A stretch of 64,000 nucleotides of DNA from Acidobacteriota bacterium (GCA_036338435.1 JAYZCG010000009.1:7733-71732), one strand, 5' to 3'. Positions 26,417-36,283 are shown, counted from the stretch's first letter. The notes: a model not told the origin generated them from the sequence alone. Program-made: numbers and translations.

Positions 26417-28126
26417 TTATTCAGATCTGCCGGAGTGAGTAGCCCCCCACTGGGCTCTTAGGGATTTCAATGTGTCCTTTTCCCCGACAGTAACCCTGGT
26501 ATTCTTTAACTTCTCCTCCAGCCGACCATACTCACTAGCAGCAGCAAGCTGTGCTTCTTCATCCAAATCGTCCGGCCACAACCCCATCGTATAACCATAC
26601 CAAGGCTCTCGAGGTGTCAGCTCAGGAAGCCCCAATTCTTCCCAAATTGTCCTAGCCTGCTCCATGTATTCTTTTTTTGGAAGGGAGAGGGGAGGAAAGT
26701 CCGCCTTACGAGTTGCATCGATCAGGAGGGAAGACTCCTGATGATCGTAGTAACTGGTAGGATGATTTGCCACCATGCCAATCGGAGTTGCTCCAAAGGG
26801 CCTATCTCCTACGATTTCGGTATCCTTGTGGGGCTGGGAACGATGAGTAATAGACCAAATAACCGCCAAAGGGTCGGCCGGATTAACATCTTCGTCCACG
26901 GCAACGATAAGTTTTCCCACTCTATCTCCATACTCCAACACTGCATGCATGGCTTCCCTTGGATCTTGTCGGGTCTTCTTCTTCATTCGTAGAACCACAT
27001 AGGGACGCAGATTGACCAGTGGTTCCGTCAGGGAAACTTCTAAAACACTAGAGAAACCACGATTATGAAGGTAGCGGTGTATGAGAGTCGACATACCCAT
27101 GGCCTTTATCTTGGAACTCTCACTCGGAGTGACCTGACTTATAATCGAAACCCAGATGGGGTTCTTTCTATGGGTCACACAGCTGAGCTCGAAGACTGGA
27201 CTAAGAGTTCGCGGATCGACTACCCCCATCGATTCTCCAAAAGGGCCCTCCTCTTCTAAGTAAGTAGTGGGAATAACCCCCTCGAAAACGATTTCGGAGG
27301 TGGCTGGAACCTCCAAATCAACAGTCTGACACTTAACCAACTGAACGGGTTCACCCACTAATCCACCCGCTAGACTCATTTCATCCATGGAATGAGGTAC
27401 CTTTTGGCAAGCTGCATAGGAGACCGAAGGGACGGTTCCGACGGCCACTGCAACTTCAAGAGGCTTGCCCATTTTCCGACACTTTTCCCAGTGCTGGGAG
27501 AGATCTTGGGGCGTACCGATCATGAGCCCACTCAGACCGGGACCACGGATTAAACCTCGGTAATTGCCCATGTTTCTTGCTCCTGTTTCGGGATCCTTGG
27601 TAATCCAATGTCCAGCGGTGATGTAAGGTCCATTATCAAAACCAGGAGTGGAAATAGGGATGGGAAACTCGTTGAAACCGCCGTGACTGAGGAGATCTGG
27701 GCCACTATGAATCTCTTCCGTGGCCGGACCATCCCTAACGATCTCAGGCTCTATGGGGCTGTCCAAAGCACTCTTCCATCGATCAGCCATTTCTTCAGGC
27801 TTACATTGGACTCCTAAACAGTAGATGTCAGCTGATCCTGCCAGTCCACCCACCAAAACAGAACCCTTGTACTTTCTTTTTTGGGAATCTGTGACATTCT
27901 CAAAAAGAAAAGCCTTCCGATCCTCCTCCTCTAACCCTCTAAACTGCCATCGGACCAGGGGTTGAAGTTCTGTGTCTTTGTTAATCTCTCGATCAATACG
28001 GAAAAGTTTGTCCTTGTCTTCGAGTGCCTGAACAAATTCCCGTAGATCTTGGTAATAAGTCTTATTTGATTTCATAATAGTCAGGATGTTTTCACCCACC
28101 TCAGTTGGCAAGTAGAACGTTTTCAC
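26417..28126 (-). CDS. UbiD-family decarboxylase (second, divergent)
   Basis: DLREFVQALE, RNMGNYR, EEGPFGES, VAVDEDVNP and LLIDAT. Confidence 0.9.
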   Translation of the reverse strand: MKTFYLPTEVGENILTIMKSNKTYYQDLREFVQALEDKDKLFRIDREINKDTELQPLVRWQFRGLEEEDRKAFLFENVTDSQKRKYKGSVLVGGLAGSADIYCLGVQCKPEEMADRWKSALDSPIEPEIVRDGPATEEIHSGPDLLSHGGFNEFPIPISTPGFDNGPYITAGHWITKDPETGARNMGNYRGLIRGPGLSGLMIGTPQDLSQHWEKCRKMGKPLEVAVAVGTVPSVSYAACQKVPHSMDEMSLAGGLVGEPVQLVKCQTVDLEVPATSEIVFEGVIPTTYLEEEGPFGESMGVVDPRTLSPVFELSCVTHRKNPIWVSIISQVTPSESSKIKAMGMSTLIHRYLHNRGFSSVLEVSLTEPLVNLRPYVVLRMKKKTRQDPREAMHAVLEYGDRVGKLIVAVDEDVNPADPLAVIWSITHRSQPHKDTEIVGDRPFGATPIGMVANHPTSYYDHQESSLLIDATRKADFPPLSLPKKEYMEQARTIWEELGLPELTPREPWYGYTMGLWPDDLDEEAQLAAASEYGRLEEKLKNTRVTVGEKDTLKSLRAQWGATHSGRSE

Positions 28127-28267
28127 GCCACCCGACGGTTTGCACGTTCCACATTGGGTTTAGGAAACATGGGAATTGAGTTTCTGCCGCTTGCGACACC
28201 TTCCTTTATGTTGTGTTTACTATTTTTCCACCTTAACCGTGGAACAGCCCACATGGATAGGTGTAAC

Positions 28268-30007
28268 TTAAAATGCACCAACAGCTTCATGGACCACTTC
28301 TCCACCTACTATGGTCATAAGAACACGGAGCTTGTCTAAATCCTCCTCAGGAAAAGTCAAATAATCACCTCCTAGGACCACAAGATCGGCTAGCTTGCCC
28401 GGCTCGATGGAACCCAGAATGTCCTCCTCCCCGCTGTAAGCGGCGGCCCAAAGAGTGTACATGTAAAGGGCCTCTTCCCGACTGGCTTTCTCATCAGGAT
28501 CCATCTGGCGGCCTTTGTCATCCTTCCGGGTTATCCACCTTTGCATGTTGTAAAGAGGTGCTGCGTAACGACCACGGGTGTCGGCTTCTGCCGCTGGCCT
28601 GAGGCCTGCCTCTATCAGGGACTTGACCGGCTGCATCTTGTAGACCGCATCCATTCCATACATATGAATTAACTTGTCGTTGTTAAAGAGAGCTTTAGAG
28701 TAGAGACTAGGAATGACGTCCATCGCTTTGATTTTTTCGTAGTGTTCAGGCTTCAGCATCATACCGTGATCGATTCCAAAATGGCGACCGACCAAAGACC
28801 TCTCTCTATGTGCTTCTTCAAAGACCTCCAGCAATAGAGTGTTGCTCAAATCACCGCTACTGTGTAGCGAGGAAACCGACCACCCATAACGATTAGCCAA
28901 TAGGATGCTTTGGCGGTCACTAGTAGCTAAATCACCGCTTTCTTCCCACTTGTTCATGCCGAAAGGTCCATAAGGATCTCCTGGAACCATGTTAATTTTG
29001 GCTTGAGAAGTTGCAGCTGAACCGTTCCCGGCAGTGCCATCCACCACTTGAACTGAGGTCCCAATGATTTTGAACATGTCATTCCCGACGTCAGTTAGGT
29101 TGCCTAGCCTCTTCAGGTAGGCCTCAGCGAATCCATTCTGGCGCAAAAAGTGGTGAGCCACACGGACTCTCATGGTTAGTTCATCCCGCGTCATCAGGTC
29201 CCTAAAGACCGACACCGACAAACCGCCCGATCGCCCCATTAAAGTGGTCAATCCCATCTCATTGTGGAGTAGAAAGGTATTTTTTTGAGCTTCCAACAAA
29301 GATTCTACTTCCGGCCACGGCGCTAGTTCGAATGTTGGAACCCCAGCAGCAGCTCCTCTTAGTTGGCCTGTCATCTGACCTCTAGCGTCTCTTTCAATGC
29401 CGGGGGTATCGACTGGAACTCGTTTTAAAACAAGGCTGTTTGCTGCAATCTGATCATTTGAAGCTTCGATCCAAAGCATATTCTTGGGAGCAATTTCATC
29501 GAGGAGAGTAACGTTTAACTCTTGTGTCACTACGTCGTTGCTTGGGCCGCTGAGGGCAATGACCTCACCAGGTTGGGCGGCTTGCACACGGGTCCGTAAT
29601 CCCTCAAGGGCTCCCTCAAGAGTTTCGTAATTGATCTCCGGTCCATCATTAGCCCTAGCCCCTGGGGGGCGAACCACCCAGGCAGAATGTAGATGGGTAT
29701 CTATAAATCCGGGCACCACGCTTCGTCCCTCGAGATCAATGCTCCGAGTCTTGGGACCTGCCATAGCTCTAATCCTGGTACTACCTCCCGAAGCCAAAAT
29801 TTTTCCGTCTCTAATAGCGACGGCCTCGACAATCGTGAACTGCTCGTCGGCTGTCAAAATCATGCCATTGTAAAAGACTATATCGGCATACGCGATGACC
29901 TCGTCAGGAAGGTCTTGGACATTCTGAGCCTGTAGAGTACACACACACAATATGGACAACAGTGAGAGCAAAAAAAGACGATTCATTCTCATAACGAATT
30001 CCTCCAA
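28268..30007 (-). CDS. Exported YtcJ-like amidohydrolase, paralog D (close duplicate of B)
   Basis: Signal peptide; PGFIDTHLH, SSLHSSGD, GIDHG and AAEAD; long stretches identical to 17908-19662. Confidence 0.9.
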   Translation of the reverse strand: MEEFVMRMNRLFLLSLLSILCVCTLQAQNVQDLPDEVIAYADIVFYNGMILTADEQFTIVEAVAIRDGKILASGGSTRIRAMAGPKTRSIDLEGRSVVPGFIDTHLHSAWVVRPPGARANDGPEINYETLEGALEGLRTRVQAAQPGEVIALSGPSNDVVTQELNVTLLDEIAPKNMLWIEASNDQIAANSLVLKRVPVDTPGIERDARGQMTGQLRGAAAGVPTFELAPWPEVESLLEAQKNTFLLHNEMGLTTLMGRSGGLSVSVFRDLMTRDELTMRVRVAHHFLRQNGFAEAYLKRLGNLTDVGNDMFKIIGTSVQVVDGTAGNGSAATSQAKINMVPGDPYGPFGMNKWEESGDLATSDRQSILLANRYGWSVSSLHSSGDLSNTLLLEVFEEAHRERSLVGRHFGIDHGMMLKPEHYEKIKAMDVIPSLYSKALFNNDKLIHMYGMDAVYKMQPVKSLIEAGLRPAAEADTRGRYAAPLYNMQRWITRKDDKGRQMDPDEKASREEALYMYTLWAAAYSGEEDILGSIEPGKLADLVVLGGDYLTFPEEDLDKLRVLMTIVGGEVVHEAVGAF

Positions 30008-30138
30008 ATCAATTTTAAAATATTTATCATATCGGTGAAAATAAATGGAAGACCCTGGCGAACCACAAACACAAAATACAAAATGGACTTGCGGACTGAA
30101 CCCCGGAATTTGAAGTTCTAAATTGTTGCTGCAAACCT

Positions 30139-31863
30139 CTAGCGCTCATATACAACCTTGCCCCCTACAATCGTCAAATCTACTTCCAATTCGGATATTT
30201 GATCTTCTGATACGCTCATATAATCGCCATCCAACACTGCTAGATCGGCTAACTTGCCAACCTCGATGCTGCCCAGCTTTTTCTCATCTCCTACATAGGC
30301 CGCTGCCCAGATTGTTTTCATGCGTAGAGCATCCTGTCGGGAAACTTTTTGCTCCTTTCCCCAAATCCGATCAGATCCGTCAACACAACGACAGACAGCT
30401 TTCCCAACAGTCCATATGGGACGTCCCAGAGCTTCATCACCCATGTCAGCTTCCACGGTGGGGCGAATACCAAAGTCTAAGTACTTCTTGAGAGGTAACA
30501 TCTCATTGACATAGTCCGCACCAAAAACCTCCCGATAGACTGAAGAGCCTTCCCCGTGCAAGTCACTAAAAACGTTTTTGAGGCTACTACTGGGAATTAC
30601 TCCCAGTTGCCGGATGCGGGAGATATCCGCATCGTCAAGTTCCATCATGTGATCCATAGTAAATCGCTGATTCGAGCTCTTCACTATTTGATTCTCTTGT
30701 GCTTCTTCAATCAGATCTAGTATGGCTCGAACTGCGATATTGCCCTTTATATGGCTATTTGGAGTACTCCACCCGTAACGTAATGCTTCCAATATATCTC
30801 GACGTCTTTGTGGCCAGCCCGCAAGCGTATCTGTGGTAGCCGGTATTTTAGTTGTCCAGTGACCCATGGCTTCTTCCGATCCAGGAACTGCCATGCCACC
30901 GCCCGCCCCTGCAATACGGAACCAATCATCACCAATGTCACTTAGATTCCCGGTATTGGGGAAATTCACAGGACCCGGAAACCCCACTCGCCAACGGACC
31001 GTCAAGCCACCTTGAAGCCAGATCTCACGCAACGAATTAAATTGGTCGACAGTGATGCGAGTTACTGCCATAGTTAGGCCCCAGCTGTTAACCAAGCCCA
31101 TTATTTTCTTGTGCCAAAAAATCTTCTTTTCAACTGGCATCGTATTGATGATATGTTTGCCCAGTTCTATAGCAGCACGATCAGAGATTAGAGTTGAGCC
31201 ATCCGCAGGCATCCCTGGCATATCAGGGGAAATCGTGGCCCATTCCAAGGCTTTTGTGTTGACGATCACTGGCCTTAATTGGGCAGCTGCCACAACTACC
31301 ACCGGGTTTCGTGGAGCCACCGAATCGAGCTTATGACGGGTTACACTTCTAAGAATTCCAGCATTGCGAGCAGGAACTCGAACCAGGTCACCTGAACTTA
31401 CAGCCTCTACAGCACGTTGTATATCCCGCAATGCCTCGTCGGGATCCTCCCAGAGTAAACCTAACAGTTCTACCTTCCCCTCCCACTGTACCCCGTTTTC
31501 CTCTAGCAACATGTGACGGAACACATAATCACCCAGGTGGTAATGAGTGTCTAGAAACCCAGGTACAACTGTTTTCCCCTTGAGATCAATGATCTGAGTA
31601 TTAGGACCCGACATTCTCAAGATCATAGAATCCTTGCCTACAGCTAGGAAGTGGCTATCTCGGATAGCCACTGCCTGCACTATCGAAAAATCGTCGTCTA
31701 CGGTTAGGATCTTGCCATTCAACAATATGATTTCAGGATAGGACAAAATCTCAGGAGGAAGGTCCTCTAGAGATGTCCCAGGCAGAGAACTCTGGGCGTA
31801 TCCAGCACAAAAAACGAGTGTAAAAACCCATGCCCCAAAAAGTTGAAATGCTATTCGGATCAT
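30139..31863 (-). CDS. Exported YtcJ-like amidohydrolase, paralog E
   Basis: Signal peptide; PGFLDTHYH, PNSHIKG, TMDHM, TVEAD and GSIEVGKLADLAVL. Confidence 0.88.
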   Translation of the reverse strand: MIRIAFQLFGAWVFTLVFCAGYAQSSLPGTSLEDLPPEILSYPEIILLNGKILTVDDDFSIVQAVAIRDSHFLAVGKDSMILRMSGPNTQIIDLKGKTVVPGFLDTHYHLGDYVFRHMLLEENGVQWEGKVELLGLLWEDPDEALRDIQRAVEAVSSGDLVRVPARNAGILRSVTRHKLDSVAPRNPVVVVAAAQLRPVIVNTKALEWATISPDMPGMPADGSTLISDRAAIELGKHIINTMPVEKKIFWHKKIMGLVNSWGLTMAVTRITVDQFNSLREIWLQGGLTVRWRVGFPGPVNFPNTGNLSDIGDDWFRIAGAGGGMAVPGSEEAMGHWTTKIPATTDTLAGWPQRRRDILEALRYGWSTPNSHIKGNIAVRAILDLIEEAQENQIVKSSNQRFTMDHMMELDDADISRIRQLGVIPSSSLKNVFSDLHGEGSSVYREVFGADYVNEMLPLKKYLDFGIRPTVEADMGDEALGRPIWTVGKAVCRCVDGSDRIWGKEQKVSRQDALRMKTIWAAAYVGDEKKLGSIEVGKLADLAVLDGDYMSVSEDQISELEVDLTIVGGKVVYER

Positions 31864-31935
31864 GTATCACCTCCAACACTTAAACACCGAGGGAGCAGAC
31901 AGTTTAGATCTAACCACTACGTAGGTTGACTGCTT

Positions 31936-34353
31936 TTATGGATTTAAAAGCCCCCAGATGGCTTCCGATGAAAAAGGCAAGTCCCTAGGCTTGACCCCGA
32001 ATGGATGTAGGGCATCTTCGATGGCACTAGCAAGAGCTGCAGGAGATGGGATAGCCGCTCCTTCTCCCGCAGCTTTTTGCCCCAAAGCACTAAATGGAGA
32101 AGGCACCTGGTAGTGCTCAATTTCGACCTCAGGAATTTCCATGGTAGAAGCCTTCGAGCAATCGGTTAAAGTGAGCGTTAACAACTGCCCTTCGGAGTCA
32201 TATACGAATCCTTCCCCTAGAGCAACTGAAATTCCATGGGCAACGGATCCGTAGATCTGCCCATCCACTACCCCTGGATTGATGATAGTGCCATTGTCGC
32301 TCACAATAACATAACGGACAACCTGAGTACGGCCGGTCTCAATATCAACTTCCACCACAGCTGCATGGGCCGCTGCCGAAAAAGTGAATTGTGCACGTAC
32401 GCGACCCTGTTTATCTGGCAACATAAAAGGCTCAGCGTGGGGGAACTTGTAGTAGTAAGTAGTTTCCAAACCTCCCTCTACATCTTCCGGTATATAAGAT
32501 TGGTTCCCGTAGGCAAGTTTCCCCAACCTCTTTAAGGTTACATTCTGGTCAGCTGACTCTTTAGAGGAAACGAGGTCCCCCTCAATGGTCAACTCTTCGG
32601 GAACAGTCGAGAGTATATGAGAAGCGAGTTTTAAAATTTTTTCACGTAGTTGCAGAGAAGCACCATGAACCGCCCCGATGTCATAAAGGTGGAAATTGTT
32701 CCCAGTGTTGGACGAGCCAACGCCCCAGGGCGATAGCCGACTATCCCAACTACTCACCACATTAATCTGTTCTGGAGAAACTCCTAAGGCTTCCGCCACT
32801 ACTTGAGATGTAGTGGTTTCATGAAACTGGCCGCAACTAGGCGCACCCAAAACAACGGTTATAGTTCCATTCCTCTCAAGTTTGAGGGTAGCGCCCTCCA
32901 CTCCTCCTGCTCCCGGCATTTCCTTAGCATCCGGAAAGATAGCCATATCACGTGCCGCGTTTCTACCTCCTGGCTCTAACCCAACTACCACCCCAACACC
33001 TATGTATCGGCCTTCCTTTCTCGCCTTTGTCTGCCCAGCCTTCACTTTTTCAAACTCAACGTTCTTCAGGGCTCTCTTGAGCAATTCGGGATAATCACCA
33101 CTATCGTATACATTCCCATTGGGCGCCTGATAGGGAAACTCGTCCGGCTGAACTAGGTTGACCAGTCGCACATCGGCAGGACTCATCCCTAGTTCCTCCG
33201 CTATACGATCCATTATGCGTTCCCAAATGAAACACATACTCGGCTTACCAATACCTCGATTAGGCACGACTGGACACTTGTTGGTTACAACCGCTTGGCC
33301 TTCGAGACGCAAGCTTTTTACTTTGTATGTACTAAACAAATTATTCAGTTTGTTGGTGAAATGGATGGTCAACGTGCTAACCGAGCCACCCACATCGTCT
33401 ATTTCCTGAATGCTCAACCCCAGCACAGTCCCGTCCTCTTTGATAGCTGCTTCCACATCGAATTCCATCCCACATGACTGTCCTGCAGCTAGCATGTGCT
33501 CGCTACGATCTTCGATCCACTTAACAGGCCTACCGGTTTGCAGTGCCATCAGACTGGTTAATACGATGTACTTACGAATGAGATGGATCTTCTGACCAAA
33601 ACCACCTCCAATATCTGGGATAACTACCCGATAGTCTTCCAAACTGAGTGCCTCTGACAGAGCGTCATAGACAACCTCAGGATTTTGCCCATTACACCAA
33701 ACATCCAACTGGTGACTGACGGCGTCAAAAGAAGCAAGGCAACCTAGAGGCTCCAGAGGAGTCGAACTATAGCGATGAGTCTTCAGACTTTCCCGAACAA
33801 GCCGATCTGCTGATTGAAAAGCCTCCTCCACATCTCCATAAGAAACCCCTCCCTTCCAGGCAACATTAGAACCCAATTCCTCAAAAAGGAGAGGGGCCGA
33901 AGACTCCATTGCCTCGCGGGAATCCATCACTGTGGGGAGCGGTTCATACTCAACAGAAATGAGCTCCAGGGCATCCTCTGCGATGGAGCGACTTTGGGCA
34001 GCCAGCATCGCTATTGGCTCACCTAGGTAGCGGACTTTATCAATGGCTGTGGCATATTCAGTAACAGGCTTTCGCAGCCCTGCGGCATAGCGTCCCGGTT
34101 TAAATGGGCGAGTCTTCTGCTTAACTACATCAGGAGTAACAACGGCAACCACACCAGGTACTTCCAACGCTTCCTGGGCATCTACTTTAAGAATGCGAGC
34201 ATGGGGATATGTGCTACGAAGCACTATCCCGTGTAACATCCCCGGAAGAGTAAAATCGTCGGTAAATTGCCCGCGGCCACTGACGTGGCGAGGACCCTCT
34301 TTACTACGAATGGTTTTACCCAGATATTTGGTTTCAGTCACCCTTGCTCCCAC
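31936..34353 (-). CDS. Xanthine dehydrogenase-family molybdopterin-binding large subunit (CoxL-like Mo-hydroxylase)
   Basis: DKVRYLGEPIA, PDIGGGFGQK, YDSGDY, INPGVVDGQIYG and KAAGEG (catalytic Glu). Confidence 0.92.
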   Translation of the reverse strand: MGARVTETKYLGKTIRSKEGPRHVSGRGQFTDDFTLPGMLHGIVLRSTYPHARILKVDAQEALEVPGVVAVVTPDVVKQKTRPFKPGRYAAGLRKPVTEYATAIDKVRYLGEPIAMLAAQSRSIAEDALELISVEYEPLPTVMDSREAMESSAPLLFEELGSNVAWKGGVSYGDVEEAFQSADRLVRESLKTHRYSSTPLEPLGCLASFDAVSHQLDVWCNGQNPEVVYDALSEALSLEDYRVVIPDIGGGFGQKIHLIRKYIVLTSLMALQTGRPVKWIEDRSEHMLAAGQSCGMEFDVEAAIKEDGTVLGLSIQEIDDVGGSVSTLTIHFTNKLNNLFSTYKVKSLRLEGQAVVTNKCPVVPNRGIGKPSMCFIWERIMDRIAEELGMSPADVRLVNLVQPDEFPYQAPNGNVYDSGDYPELLKRALKNVEFEKVKAGQTKARKEGRYIGVGVVVGLEPGGRNAARDMAIFPDAKEMPGAGGVEGATLKLERNGTITVVLGAPSCGQFHETTTSQVVAEALGVSPEQINVVSSWDSRLSPWGVGSSNTGNNFHLYDIGAVHGASLQLREKILKLASHILSTVPEELTIEGDLVSSKESADQNVTLKRLGKLAYGNQSYIPEDVEGGLETTYYYKFPHAEPFMLPDKQGRVRAQFTFSAAAHAAVVEVDIETGRTQVVRYVIVSDNGTIINPGVVDGQIYGSVAHGISVALGEGFVYDSEGQLLTLTLTDCSKASTMEIPEVEIEHYQVPSPFSALGQKAAGEGAAIPSPAALASAIEDALHPFGVKPRDLPFSSEAIWGLLNP

Positions 34354-34356
34354 ATG

Positions 34357-34851
34357 TCAGCCTTTTTTGTACTCCTTACCCGCAGCTGTCACAGCCTTGA
34401 TTATTTGAGTATAACCCGTACACATACATAGGTTTCCTGCGAGTCCTTGCCTAATTTCCTTCTCGCTGGCATTAGGATTTTTGGTTAACAGATGGTGTCC
34501 GGCCAAAACCATTCCCGATGTGCAATAGCCGCATTGAAGAGCATAGTGCTCAACAAAGGCCTCCTGAATCGGATGAAGTGTCCCCTCAGTTGCTAAGCCC
34601 TCAACAGTAACAATTTCTTTCTCGTGAACCCGCACAGCCAGAACCAGACATGACTTCACCAACTGCCCCTCAAGAAGTACAGAACAAGCACCACATTCTC
34701 CGACAATACACCCGATATGCGTTCCGGTAAGGCCCACCTGCTCACGAAGGAAAAAAGACAACAACATTCTTGGATCAACTTCTTCACGGTAGCGTTGTCC
34801 ATTGATTGTCACACAAACTAGTTGCTTCATTCGGGGAGACTGTAGCTCCAC
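34357..34851 (-). CDS. 2x[2Fe-2S] small subunit (CoxS-like)
   Basis: [20 protein letters not shown] and NLCMCTGY. Confidence 0.95.
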   Translation of the reverse strand: MELQSPRMKQLVCVTINGQRYREEVDPRMLLSFFLREQVGLTGTHIGCIVGECGACSVLLEGQLVKSCLVLAVRVHEKEIVTVEGLATEGTLHPIQEAFVEHYALQCGYCTSGMVLAGHHLLTKNPNASEKEIRQGLAGNLCMCTGYTQIIKAVTAAGKEYKKG

Positions 34852-34961
34852 TTGCCCCCAGTGTCAATGCACCACAATTCATAGGCTTAAATAGCACGCC
34901 TCCAACAAGCTCCGTTACGTTGACTTGTCAAGCACTCGTGTCATACACTTGCCCGCTAGCG

Positions 34962-35192
34962 ATGTGGAATCTAGGCTTTCCAGAGTTAATTGTTATTTTT
35001 GTTGTGGCCCTGGTTATTTTTGGCCCCCGAAAATTGCCTGAATTAGGCCGTTCTCTGGGCAAAAGTCTATCTGAATTCAAAAGAGCCTCCAATGAGCTCA
35101 AACGGACCTGGGAGAGCGAAGTAGACGCCTTAGAACATGAAGTAAACACTCACAAAGAAGAGCTGACTAAGATCGAGGCAGACCTCGATTAG
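34962..35192 (+). CDS. tatA: Twin-arginine translocase TatA/E subunit
   Basis: [40 protein letters not shown]; the start was refined from the 128-aa ORF. Confidence 0.9.
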   Translation: MWNLGFPELIVIFVVALVIFGPRKLPELGRSLGKSLSEFKRASNELKRTWESEVDALEHEVNTHKEELTKIEADLD

Positions 35193-35251
35193 ACCGTGAC
35201 CCCAGATATCTCTACTACAGGTTAGTCCAAACCCGTTTCCGATGACTGCTT

Positions 35252-36169
35252 ATGACAGACGGCACCAGCAAACCTCCTTCAACCGAACCGCCGGACACCG
35301 ACACCCATTCGGTTAAAGATTCTCCCCCCGATCCCACGCCTTCGAATACCCCTCCACCTCACCCCCCCAGCAATATTGATCATGAAGACAACCTTGACGA
35401 TGGGGAGAAAGAAATTGGAGGCACCATGACCTTCCTAGAACATCTGGACGAATTGCGCAAACGGGTCGTCCATAGCGCTTCGGCGGTTGCCATCGCTTTC
35501 ATAGCGTGCTGGATCTTCAGAGAGGAAATTTTCAGAATTCTGGCAGTACCCATTGCCGATGTGATAGCTCCTGGTCAAGGAATTGAGGCAGGGATGAAAG
35601 AGCTGGTATTCCTGAGGCCTACGGAGCCCTTTTCCATCTGGATGAAAGTGTCTTTTGTCGGAGCAATTTTTGCAGCTTCCCCCTACATACTCCTCCAGGT
35701 TTGGTTCTTCATCGCACCCGGCTTGTACAGAAAAGAGAAGTCCTATGCTATTCCATTTCTAGTCTCCTCTACCGGACTCTTCATGGCGGGTGGAATTTTT
35801 GCCTACTATGTCATCCTGCCCACAGCTCTCTCATTCCTCATCAATCAGTTTGGTAGACTCTTCCGACCGATGGTAAGTGCCATCGAATTTTTTAACTTTG
35901 AAATGGTCATCCTGGTGGGTATGGGAGTGATTTTCCAACTGCCCGTCCTCATTGCTTTTCTCTCCCTTTTTGGGCTGGTGACACCAGGTTTCTTGTGGAG
36001 AAATTTCCGCTATGCTTTCCTAATAATACTCATAGTAGCTGCCGTGGCGTCACCGACGGCTGACATCCTCAATCTATTTATGTGGTGCGGCCCAATGGTG
36101 GTGCTATATCTTATGAGCATCGTCGTCTCGTGGTTCTTCCAACGAAGGAGATCACGGGAAAAACCCTAA
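35252..36169 (+). CDS. tatC: Twin-arginine translocase TatC
   Basis: MTFLEHLDELRKR, PTEPF, FIAPGLYRKEK, FQLPV and ASPTAD; Pro-rich N-terminal extension. Confidence 0.96.
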   Translation: MTDGTSKPPSTEPPDTDTHSVKDSPPDPTPSNTPPPHPPSNIDHEDNLDDGEKEIGGTMTFLEHLDELRKRVVHSASAVAIAFIACWIFREEIFRILAVPIADVIAPGQGIEAGMKELVFLRPTEPFSIWMKVSFVGAIFAASPYILLQVWFFIAPGLYRKEKSYAIPFLVSSTGLFMAGGIFAYYVILPTALSFLINQFGRLFRPMVSAIEFFNFEMVILVGMGVIFQLPVLIAFLSLFGLVTPGFLWRNFRYAFLIILIVAAVASPTADILNLFMWCGPMVVLYLMSIVVSWFFQRRRSREKP

Positions 36170-36283
36170 TGCAAAACCCAAAACAAATGTTTCCGAGACT
36201 TCCTTCTGCGCATCGAATACACACTGGGCAGTTTTCTGTGTGTGAAGGATTATGGCTTGCCTTACCCCTACCATGGAAGCTTG

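Noticed and set aside
10569-31863. Tat export of the amidohydrolases, suggested by the neighbouring tatA-tatC
   Set aside because: None of the five signal peptides has an S/T-R-R-x-F-L motif.
31936-34353. Aerobic CO dehydrogenase (coxL)
   Set aside because: Lacks AYxCSFR and AYxGAGR; has PNRGIGK instead, and there is no coxM or coxDEF nearby.
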